The position numbers and the translations under genes are program-made. From IMG/VR virus record IMGVR_UViG_3300027832_000007: 61,775 nucleotides of DNA, one strand, 5' to 3'. Source of the DNA: an uncultured virus (IMG/VR IMGVR_UViG_3300027832_000007) (taxonomy: Duplodnaviria; Heunggongvirae; Uroviricota; Caudoviricetes). Under the pieces are notes generated by a model. The model was not told the DNA's origin, did not search any database, and was given only the letters and a program-made list of their open reading frames with translations. Positions 41,036 to 48,994 of this stretch are shown here, one piece after another (position 1 is the first letter of the stretch; every line of letters begins with the position of its first letter).

Positions 41036-43870
41036 ACTGCAATAGTAGAAGGGTTAGCACAATTAATAATGGATGGTAACGCACCTAGAACCCTAATCAA
41101 TAAAAGAATTTTTAGTCTAGATTTAGCATCGATAGTTGCTGGTACTAAATACCGTGGCCAATTTGAGGAAAGAATGAAAGCTGTTCTAGAAGAATGTAAA
41201 GCAAATCCAAATGTTATTTTATTCATAGATGAACTACACACTATTGTAGGTGCTGGTAATGCTTCTGGTTCTCTAGATGCGTCAAATATATTTAAACCAG
41301 CATTAGCTAGGGGTGAACTTCAAGTAATTGGTGCAACTACACTGGATGAATATCGTGAAAATATCGAAAAAGATGGAGCCCTCGTAAGAAGATTTCAACA
41401 AATTCTTGTGGAAGAACCAACGCTAGATGAAACAATAGTTATTCTTAACAATATTAAAGAAAAATATGAAAAACACCATAATGTTAAGTATACCGATGAA
41501 GCCATTGAGGAATGTGTTAAACTTTCAGCTAGATACATTATGGATAGAGCAATGCCAGATAAAGCCATAGATGTTTTAGATGAAGCTGGTGCGGCAACAA
41601 ATGTTGGTATTGAAAAACCAAACGCTATTAAATTGCTAGAAAATAAGCGAAATGAGGTTAATGAACAGAAAAAAGAGGTTATAATCAAACAAAAATACGA
41701 GGAAGCTGCTAAACTTAGAGATGAGGATAGAAAAATAAGTCAAGAATTAGATAAGGCTATGAAAGTATGGCAAGAAAGTCTAGATAAAGATGTTACTGAA
41801 GTTGGTGTAGAATTAATTTCTGATGTCGTATCTATGATGACTGGAATACCATTAACTAAAATATCAACTGGTGAAAGTAAACGTCTAATGCTTTTAGATA
41901 AAGAACTAATGGGTAAAGTAATCGGTCAAGATGACGCAGTTACCAAAGTTGTTAAAGCAATTAAACGTAATCGTATTGGTATTAAAGATAAAAGTAAGCC
42001 AGTGGGGTCATTTATCTTTCTGGGACCCACTGGAGTCGGTAAGTGTTTTTGTTCTGATACTAAGATAGTTATAAGAAATAAAACTACTGGTTTAGTTGAG
42101 GAAATTGATATTAATGAATTAAAAATGAATAAAAGAATTAAAGAACTACTAGAAAAAGGTGAAAAACTTCACCAAAAACATGATGAATTACGGGATGAGG
42201 TTTTAAAATCAAATTGGTCTGATGATTTTAAAACTAAATTTAAAGAATTAAATGTGTATATGGATGATTCAACTAAAAATGAGGTGTTAGAATATACCCT
42301 ATGTGATAATCTAAATGGTGGTATAGCAAAACCAGAATATAAATTTACTGTTCTAATCAAAACGTTAAATTTTGAAAATAAAAATGGTGATGAAATTAAA
42401 TTAATTACTGATGATGTTGAGTTATTATTAAACCATGAACATTGCTATGTAACTATGTTTGCTATAGGTAAATTAAATGGTGAGGTATTTTCTGTTAATG
42501 AAACTGATGATAGTTTTGATATTTTAGAAAAACATTTATCTAATGGTCACCATATAGTAATATATTCGGCTAGTATTAGTGATGGCAGGGTTATTTATAG
42601 ATATTCATTATTTGAAACGAATGGGTTTATTAAACCATTAAATAGGGTAGAAGAAATTGAAAAAAGAGTTGGTGATAATGTTTTATTATTTAATAAACAT
42701 GAATTTGAGTCACTTAAAAAAATAACAAAAACTACAAAAGTAAGTGATTACGAAGTATTAACTGATGATGGTTTTGTTGATATAGAAGCGTTACATGAAA
42801 CAATTCCATATGAAGTATATAAACTTAAGCTAAGTGATGGTAAAGAGCTTAAATGTGCCGATAACCATATTGTATTTAATGAAGAAATGAAAGAAGTTTT
42901 CGTTAAAAATCTATCTATTGGTGATAAGGTAAAAGTTGATGTTAATTGTGTGTTATCCGAATCTGAAGTAGTTGAATTAACTAATTTAGGTTATGAGGAA
43001 ATAATGTATGACCTTGAATTAAAAGAAGGTTCAAATAGAAGATATTACACCAACGGTATTTTATCGCATAATACATTGTTAGCTAAATTTTTAGCTGAAA
43101 ACGTTTACGGTGACTCAGAAGCTTTGATTAGAATGGATATGTCTGAGTACATGGAAAAACATTCTGTATCTAGACTAATAGGTCCACCACCAGGGTATGT
43201 TGGATACGACCAAGGAGGTCAATTAACTGAGAAAGTTAGACGAAAACCACATTGTGTTATTCTTTTCGATGAGATTGAAAAAGCACATGACGATGTATTC
43301 AACCTTTTATTACAACTATTGGATGAAGGGCAATTAACAGATGGTTTAGGTCGTAAAGTTAATTTTAAAAATGCACTTATTATTCTTACATCAAATATCG
43401 GTGTTAAAGAAGTTTTATCATTCGGTAAAAATATGGGATTTGATACTGGTTCAACTATCTTAGATGAGGAAAATAAGAGTCGTGCTATTATAGAGAAAGC
43501 TTTAAAGCAGAAATTCAAACCAGAATTCCTTAATCGTATTGATGATGCGATTATCTTTAGAGGATTAACACAAGAAGATATTCATAAGATTATTTTCTTA
43601 GAAGTTGAAAAATTAAGAAAACGTGTAATTGAGATGGGTTATAATCTAACGATATCTAAAGATGCTATTGAATTTCTAGGTGTTAAAGGTTATGATGAGG
43701 CTTATGGTGCTAGACCTTTATCTAGAGCAATTCAACATTATGTTGAAGATGCAGTAGCTGATGAAATTCTAAATGATAAAATTAAAGAAGGTGATATCAT
43801 TCAAGTAGGTTTAGATAAAGTAAAACAATTGATTACACTTAAAGGCGTGAAGCCTAAGAAAATAAAATAA
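40664..43870 (+). CDS. clpC: split-intein C-fragment plus the rest of ClpC (AAA1, UVR middle domain, AAA2 with a second intein)
   Basis: SHN/TAIVEGLA, GTKYRGQFEER, FIDELHT, GATTLDEY, PDKAIDVLDEAG, GPTGVGK, RMDMSEY, LFDEIEKAH, MGF ClpP-docking loop, YGARPL. Confidence 0.93.
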   Translation: MEELKKITKSFDMSGFSILTDSGFVKLAKLHETIPYQVYQLNLNDGKKLKCADNHIVFYKDDMEEVFIKNLLIGDKICVNGDDSLSEVEVIGITNLGYEEIMYDFQLTEGSNRRYYTNGILSHNTAIVEGLAQLIMDGNAPRTLINKRIFSLDLASIVAGTKYRGQFEERMKAVLEECKANPNVILFIDELHTIVGAGNASGSLDASNIFKPALARGELQVIGATTLDEYRENIEKDGALVRRFQQILVEEPTLDETIVILNNIKEKYEKHHNVKYTDEAIEECVKLSARYIMDRAMPDKAIDVLDEAGAATNVGIEKPNAIKLLENKRNEVNEQKKEVIIKQKYEEAAKLRDEDRKISQELDKAMKVWQESLDKDVTEVGVELISDVVSMMTGIPLTKISTGESKRLMLLDKELMGKVIGQDDAVTKVVKAIKRNRIGIKDKSKPVGSFIFLGPTGVGKCFCSDTKIVIRNKTTGLVEEIDINELKMNKRIKELLEKGEKLHQKHDELRDEVLKSNWSDDFKTKFKELNVYMDDSTKNEVLEYTLCDNLNGGIAKPEYKFTVLIKTLNFENKNGDEIKLITDDVELLLNHEHCYVTMFAIGKLNGEVFSVNETDDSFDILEKHLSNGHHIVIYSASISDGRVIYRYSLFETNGFIKPLNRVEEIEKRVGDNVLLFNKHEFESLKKITKTTKVSDYEVLTDDGFVDIEALHETIPYEVYKLKLSDGKELKCADNHIVFNEEMKEVFVKNLSIGDKVKVDVNCVLSESEVVELTNLGYEEIMYDLELKEGSNRRYYTNGILSHNTLLAKFLAENVYGDSEALIRMDMSEYMEKHSVSRLIGPPPGYVGYDQGGQLTEKVRRKPHCVILFDEIEKAHDDVFNLLLQLLDEGQLTDGLGRKVNFKNALIILTSNIGVKEVLSFGKNMGFDTGSTILDEENKSRAIIEKALKQKFKPEFLNRIDDAIIFRGLTQEDIHKIIFLEVEKLRKRVIEMGYNLTISKDAIEFLGVKGYDEAYGARPLSRAIQHYVEDAVADEILNDKIKEGDIIQVGLDKVKQLITLKGVKPKKIK
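42044..43072 (+). mobile_element. contiguous intein (343 aa) in the ClpC AAA2 Walker A, with an about 196-aa unknown insert
   Basis: GVGK/CFCSDTKIVIRN ... LKKITK ... LKCADNH ... YYTNGILSHN/TLLAK. Confidence 0.9.
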
Positions 43871-43875
43871 TAATT

Positions 43876-43902
43876 AAAAGGAGATTTTTTCTCCTTTTTT
43901 TT
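43876..43902 (+). terminator. intrinsic terminator after clpC
   Basis: AAAAGGAG-atttttt-CTCCTTTTTTTT. Confidence 0.8.
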
Positions 43903-43914
43903 ATATTTATTATT

Positions 43915-44316
43915 ATGAAATCAATAATAAAACAATTACTTAGAGAAAGACTTATAACACAAGATGAGTTAGACATTAGACAAGTTACGGATTTTATTAA
44001 CTTTTCAAAAGAATATTTAGATATTTCTGATGATATCAAAATTGCGTTGGCGTTTAAAAGAACTGATGATTTAACAACAACCGCATATTATAAATTAACT
44101 GGTTTTATAAAAGTATATGTTAAAAATAGAGCAATTATTGATGTGTGTCGCTCAATTGCACACGAATTAGTCCATCACAAACAAAATTTAGAAGGAAGAT
44201 TAGTTAATGCAGTTAAAGATGGTTCAGATGGTAGTCCAATAGAAAATGAAGCTAATTCAATCGCTGGAGTTTTAATAAGAAAATGGGGGAAAATACACCC
44301 AGAGATATATTTATAG
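43915..44316 (+). CDS. zincin-like metallopeptidase with LLRE leader
   Basis: RSIAHELVHHKQ (HExxH) ... IENEAN; MKSIIKQLLRE. Confidence 0.75.
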   Translation: MKSIIKQLLRERLITQDELDIRQVTDFINFSKEYLDISDDIKIALAFKRTDDLTTTAYYKLTGFIKVYVKNRAIIDVCRSIAHELVHHKQNLEGRLVNAVKDGSDGSPIENEANSIAGVLIRKWGKIHPEIYL

Positions 44317-45343
44317 ATTATGAAATCAATTAAAAACACTAAAGTTACTATAACCCCTTACGCTAGAGTAGAAAAATTATCTGAATCTAAAATAAAAATT
44401 ACAAACATTTTAAGAGAGGAATTATTTATTTATAACGGTAAAAATAAGTTATCTGAGGAATCATTATTTTTGGTTAATAATTCACATTATATCGAAAATG
44501 TTTTAGGTATAAAAAAAGGGTTAAATGAAAATTATTCATTAAGTTTAAGAAAACAAATAATAACCGAACAATTAATTTTTGAAAACTTGTTAGGCTCTAT
44601 CAATAAATATATTGGAAATGTTGTTGGCAAGGGAAAAGAAAAAGCAATGGAGGTGGTTGATAGTATAGCAAATCTAAAGGATGTCGCTAAATTATTTAAA
44701 GACCTTTTATTAGACTCAGAATTAATGGTTAATGCTATTCTATCTATTAAAAAATTATTGTTAGAGACAATTAATAAAATAAAACAAGATGTTATAAAAA
44801 TTGTAGCGCTTATTAATGATAAAATTTCTGGATTTGCCGATAAATTTGAAAAATTGATGTTACATATTGAAAAAGTAGCAATATCAGTTTCAACAGAAAT
44901 TGGATGGAAAGGGTTTTTAATGATATTGGGTTTTTTGACTTTACTATCGTACCTTCAAGAAACCGTTTTTGGTAAAATAATAAGTGGTGGTTTAAACTTC
45001 ATTCAACAAAATACAAACATAATTGCTGGTATTTCTGGTGTTTTTAATACGTTTAAAGAATTAAAAGAATTAGCTTTATCAACTTTTGAAATAGGACCTA
45101 TTTTAACATGGTTTACTGGAGTTGTCGCTTCAGCAACAAAAGAAATTTTCGATTCAGCATTAATTGGTTTTCAGTTAATTAATATTATTGGCGTTATTTT
45201 AACACCAGTTATTAAATCAGTTTCTTTATCCAAAAAACTTAGAAAAACTTAATCTTGGTAAAACAACACAATTAACTAATATAGTTACAATAATAAGAAA
45301 ATGGGGGAAAATACACCCAGAGATATATTTATAAATTATGAAA
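44273..45343 (+). repeat. about 53-bp direct repeat (44273-44325 / 45291-45343) flanking the 310-aa gene
   Basis: taataagaaaatgggggaaaatacacccagagatatatttata(g/a)attatgaaa occurs twice. Confidence 0.9.
44320..45252 (+). CDS. putative membrane-associated internal head protein
   Basis: Leader shared with 46085; hydrophobic helices GFLMILGFLTLLSYL and LIGFQLINIIGVILT. Confidence 0.55.
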   Translation: MKSIKNTKVTITPYARVEKLSESKIKITNILREELFIYNGKNKLSEESLFLVNNSHYIENVLGIKKGLNENYSLSLRKQIITEQLIFENLLGSINKYIGNVVGKGKEKAMEVVDSIANLKDVAKLFKDLLLDSELMVNAILSIKKLLLETINKIKQDVIKIVALINDKISGFADKFEKLMLHIEKVAISVSTEIGWKGFLMILGFLTLLSYLQETVFGKIISGGLNFIQQNTNIIAGISGVFNTFKELKELALSTFEIGPILTWFTGVVASATKEIFDSALIGFQLINIIGVILTPVIKSVSLSKKLRKT

Positions 45344-45457
45344 AAAAAATCTGAATCTAAAACTAAAATTAAAAATATATTAAGGGAAGTAATTACTCCA
45401 AGTGAAAGAGTTAAGTTAGCTGCTGTTACGCAAATTGGTACGGTTAATTTAATATAA
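45338..45457 (+). CDS. 39-aa chimeric mini-ORF (LRE leader plus one PSExVxxAAVTQ repeat)
   Basis: Manual translation MKKKSESKTKIKNILREVITPSERVKLAAVTQIGTVNLI*; late promoter at 45325. Confidence 0.5.
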   Translation: MKKKSESKTKIKNILREVITPSERVKLAAVTQIGTVNLI

Positions 45458-45508
45458 AACTTGACTAATTGGAAAATAATTATTATATTTGATAAAATAA
45501 TATAAATT

Positions 45509-45853
45509 ATGGATGATGAATTAAACATGGTAAACAAAAATGATAAACATAACCACGCCAACGATGAGTTATTTATTAATAGCGATAATGTGTTTTTAAC
45601 TTATGCTAATGTTGTTAAACTTAAAGGTAATGTTTATTGTGTAGATGGAGATGATGGTAGTTTAAAGATTGAATATGATAAATTATGTAAACATATCCAA
45701 TTTGGTGATGATATTATTATAAACTTAAATTATAAAAATTACATAATTGCTGTTGTGATACCTAAGAGTTTAGAAACTAAATTACAAAACGCTATTGATA
45801 ATGAAGATTATGAATTAGCTAAAATAATAAACGATAAAATTAAAAACATATAA
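45509..45853 (+). CDS. UvrB/UvrC (UVR) motif protein
   Basis: C-terminal LETKLQNAIDNEDYELAKIINDKIK; TATATTTG promoter at 45484. Confidence 0.7.
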   Translation: MDDELNMVNKNDKHNHANDELFINSDNVFLTYANVVKLKGNVYCVDGDDGSLKIEYDKLCKHIQFGDDIIINLNYKNYIIAVVIPKSLETKLQNAIDNEDYELAKIINDKIKNI

Positions 45854-45854
45854 A

Positions 45855-46016
45855 ATGGAAAATTTAACAATTAAACTAGTAATCACCGATGGTGAAAAAG
45901 AAATTAAAGCATCAAATATTAATGTTGGGGATTATCAAAAAGCTAAAGATTTACATGGAGTTTCTTTAGTTGATGAAATTATTGAACAAACTATACTAAC
46001 ATTCGAAGCACAATAG
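45855..46016 (+). CDS. 53-aa hypothetical protein (not in the ORF track)
   Basis: MENLTIKLVITDGEKEIKAS...TFEAQ*, immediately after the preceding stop. Confidence 0.55.
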   Translation: MENLTIKLVITDGEKEIKASNINVGDYQKAKDLHGVSLVDEIIEQTILTFEAQ

Positions 46017-46084
46017 TAGTATTGATTATAACATTAATAAGTTCGTCTATTAAACAATAATAAATAATAATAACACATAAAAAT

Positions 46085-46684
46085 ATGAAATCAATTAAAA
46101 ACACTAAGGTTACTATGACCCCTTACGCTAGAGTAGAAAAATTAGAAGAAGGATTAAAACAATTTTTAGTTAAAGAAAAATTATCTGAATCTAAAATTAA
46201 AATTAAAAACATTTTAAGAGAAAGTTCAGAATCTCCATCTAGAGATGAACAAATGAGAACTTATTTTAAAGATAGAAATCTTAACTTTGATAATTACCAT
46301 ATAATTATTAATGATAATGACGGTATAGTGGAAGGTATTATACCTGATTCTTTTATAGAAAAATATAAAAGTATTAAAAGTGCATTAGCTAAAGCAATTG
46401 TTATGTGTACATTTGCTGCTGGTGCACTAACATCATGTACAAAAGAACCGACTTTTGTTTATGAATATTCTTACCGAACTGAAGGTTCTATTGCGAGTGA
46501 CTTAAAAAGAGCACCAGATGGTAGTTATGTATCAAAAGGTAAGTGGTTCCTAAAAACTAGTGAACTTTTATCAGCTGATGATTTGGCGGCTAAAGAAAAA
46601 GAATGTTACTATAAAACTACTACACCAGATAACCCAGTAGTATCTGATACTATTGTGTTAATTAATGATAAAGCTTGGAAATAA
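46085..46684 (+). CDS. LRE-leader protein with an internal lipoprotein-like signal
   Basis: Leader shared with 44320; internal KAIVMCTFAAGALTSCTKE. Confidence 0.55.
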   Translation: MKSIKNTKVTMTPYARVEKLEEGLKQFLVKEKLSESKIKIKNILRESSESPSRDEQMRTYFKDRNLNFDNYHIIINDNDGIVEGIIPDSFIEKYKSIKSALAKAIVMCTFAAGALTSCTKEPTFVYEYSYRTEGSIASDLKRAPDGSYVSKGKWFLKTSELLSADDLAAKEKECYYKTTTPDNPVVSDTIVLINDKAWK

Positions 46685-46701
46685 AATTACATAAAGGAGG
46701 A

Positions 46702-47193
46702 TTAACCCTCCTTTATTACTTCACCTAGATATTCATAACTAAAACAAATTCGTTTGTTATCTACATAATGATTCTTAAACAAGTTCTCATGTGTAACATC
46801 AGTTCTTAATTTTCTATTTTTACTAGTTGCCCTCCATAGTCTTGAATTTTGCATGTACATACCCATTCTTGGATGTGCTGTTCTTGAAAAAAACCTATGA
46901 CCTTCATCTAAATGAATTTGAGCGATAGCGTTAATAAATCTAACACCAATTCCTAATCCTTGGAAATCTGGGAGTATAACTACCCTATGTCCTCGCCATG
47001 CATTCTTAAGTGAACCACTAGGCATTGTCATTGTTGCACAGAAACCAATTACTTGTCCTTCCCAAACAGCAACATAACATCTAGATGCTTTACTAATTGT
47101 TCCACTTAAATAGTGATGGTCCTTAAAAGTTCCCCAACTATCATTTGTTGTGCGATATATCTTGATATTGATTTCTGGTCGGACAAAAAAAAA
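46702..47193 (-). CDS. Mom-like GNAT acetyltransferase domain, reached by a -1 frameshift from the ABC ATPase
   Basis: Frame open from the T9 run: VRPEINIKIY...FKDHHYL...VIGFCA...HRVVILPDFQGLGIG (acetyl-CoA motif)...RTAHP. Confidence 0.8.
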   Translation of the reverse strand, partial: FFFVRPEINIKIYRTTNDSWGTFKDHHYLSGTISKASRCYVAVWEGQVIGFCATMTMPSGSLKNAWRGHRVVILPDFQGLGIGVRFINAIAQIHLDEGHRFFSRTAHPRMGMYMQNSRLWRATSKNRKLRTDVTHENLFKNHYVDNKRICFSYEYLGEVIKEG

Positions 47194-47795
47194 CCGTCTA
47201 GCAGTTCACCTGTATCCGTATTTAAAACCCAATCTGGCTCAAGCCAATCCACAATATCACTATGACAAGTGGAGATTACTATATTCTCTAAGTTATTCTT
47301 CCTAACATACCTAGACATTGACACAGAGGCAGCCTTAGCGACATTTCTATCGACTACTGAAGTAAACTCATCTATTACACTATTTGATTTGATTCTACGA
47401 GCTAAATCAGCTCTAAATTTTTCCCCATTAGATAATACATCATATGGTTTGTACCAAGAAGGTACAGTATTCAATCCAACTGAACCTAATTTATTTATTG
47501 CTTCATCTGGATTTTCGAAATGTGAAACTATTGATTTGTTTGCTTCCCATATTAATTTCTCTTCAGTACCAAAATGTTTTAACATTGTTGATTTACCACT
47601 TCCAGAAGAACCAACTATTACACCGATACTAAATTTAGATGGTATGTTTTTTGGTAGTTTCCAAGGATAAAATTTTGATGTACCATCAAAAATACAGTCA
47701 AATGCTTTTTCACTAGCTGTAATAAATTCGTCTCTATCTACTGATGAAATTAAAGGTTTTTCTTCTTTTTCTAATTTTTCAATAACTTTATTCAT
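47106..47795 (-). CDS. stand-alone ABC-type ATPase (probable start MNKVIEK)
   Basis: GSSGSGKST Walker A, LSNGEKFR signature, IDEFTSVVDR, TCHSDI..WLEPDW; late promoter at 47812. Confidence 0.88.
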   Translation of the reverse strand: MNKVIEKLEKEEKPLISSVDRDEFITASEKAFDCIFDGTSKFYPWKLPKNIPSKFSIGVIVGSSGSGKSTMLKHFGTEEKLIWEANKSIVSHFENPDEAINKLGSVGLNTVPSWYKPYDVLSNGEKFRADLARRIKSNSVIDEFTSVVDRNVAKAASVSMSRYVRKNNLENIVISTCHSDIVDWLEPDWVLNTDTGELLDGFFLSDQKSISRYIAQQMIVGELLRTITI

Positions 47796-47848
47796 AATAT
47801 AAAACTTTATTATAAATATATTATTAATACGAGAAGTTATGAAAATAA

Positions 47849-47881
47849 AATGACTAATGTACTTAAAGCACATTAGTCATT
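47849..47881. terminator. 12-bp perfect hairpin, likely a terminator
   Basis: AATGACTAATGT-acttaaagc-ACATTAGTCATT. Confidence 0.6.
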
Positions 47882-47896
47882 AATATTTTAAAGTTA

Positions 47897-48127
47897 TTAT
47901 TTTTTACCTTCAGTTAACAATTTAAATTTAGCCTCTAAAGCATTAATTTTACGTTCTAATATTGAAGTTTTTCCAGCCTCAATTTTTTTATTTTCATTAA
48001 TCCACTCTTGTTTCTTTACAGCTACTGCTTCAGTAACAATATTATCGATTAAATCAACTAAATCGGTTTCTTTTATACCAATTCTTTTTGTAACTTGTTT
48101 TTTAGCAACTTGTTTAGTGTTTGACAT
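47897..48127 (-). CDS. small putative internal head protein
   Basis: IKETDLVDLIDNIVTE leader-like segment; late promoter at 48162. Confidence 0.55.
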   Translation of the reverse strand: MSNTKQVAKKQVTKRIGIKETDLVDLIDNIVTEAVAVKKQEWINENKKIEAGKTSILERKINALEAKFKLLTEGKK

Positions 48128-48220
48128 ATTTTAAATGTTTTAAATTAAATTTTATTTATATATAAATATAGTTAAATACATTAAAAGTTTATAAATAGTT
48201 AAAATAAATTTATATTATAG

Positions 48221-48373
48221 CTATTCAATCTCTTCAACATCAAAAATATCCAATAGTTGTTCAATTGTTAATTGTTTTCTTATTGCAAATTTACTTTGAG
48301 CTTCTTCTAATGAATTAGCATTAATTAATGTGATATTTTCACCATCTTTTGTTTGTAATTTAAATTTACTCAT
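48221..48373 (-). CDS. 50-aa hypothetical protein (not in the ORF track)
   Basis: MSKFKLQTKDGENITLINANSLEEAQSKFAIRKQL...IE*. Confidence 0.55.
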   Translation of the reverse strand: MSKFKLQTKDGENITLINANSLEEAQSKFAIRKQLTIEQLLDIFDVEEIE

Positions 48374-48422
48374 AATATTATTTTATTGTAAATATACTAA
48401 TAATTAGTTGAAATAACAATAT

Positions 48423-48929
48423 TTAACATTTTTTATCAGCAATAGTTGATGCAGCATAAGCATCTGGCTTAACCTTAAACTCATAACCCATACCTAAAAT
48501 ATATCCAACAGTTTGTTGTAGAGCTTTATTTGACTCATGAACTGGGTCTTTATTTATGTCAGCATGAATTTCCAACGGTAATTCATATAAATCTAATAGT
48601 GGTGCTATATCATACGCAACTTCTATAGATTTGCTTACTTCATAAACCATTCTCTCATTAACTAACTCTTTATCTGTTTTCTTGAACGTATTAAAATATG
48701 TCGAAGATATTACCAAACCACCACGACCAACAATTACGCCACCTAAATCTTGTGTCGTTGTAATAAGTATAACAGTAGCAAACTTATATGTAAATTTACT
48801 AACTTTTTGTGAATCTGTACCTACACACACTTTTAATTTATATCCTTTGTTTAATTCTTCCTCAAATATGTTTTCTAAATATTCTTCTAAAGTACCATTA
48901 ATTCTTTTTTCTTTTCTTTTCCAAATCAT
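48423..48929 (-). CDS. RNase H-like YkuK family protein
   Basis: VCVGTDSQ, FATVI, RMVYEVSKS, EIHADIN, KPDAYAASTIAD. Confidence 0.85.
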   Translation of the reverse strand: MIWKRKEKRINGTLEEYLENIFEEELNKGYKLKVCVGTDSQKVSKFTYKFATVILITTTQDLGGVIVGRGGLVISSTYFNTFKKTDKELVNERMVYEVSKSIEVAYDIAPLLDLYELPLEIHADINKDPVHESNKALQQTVGYILGMGYEFKVKPDAYAASTIADKKC

Positions 48930-48994
48930 TTATTTTTATGTTAAAAACCTGTTATATTAAAAAGGCCCCTAATTAGGAGCCTCTATTATTTTTA

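Noticed and set aside
39439..43870. clpC as a pseudogene broken by a stop
   Set aside because: The break falls inside an intein, both halves have intact motifs, and the second half has its own start. Trans-splicing explains it better.
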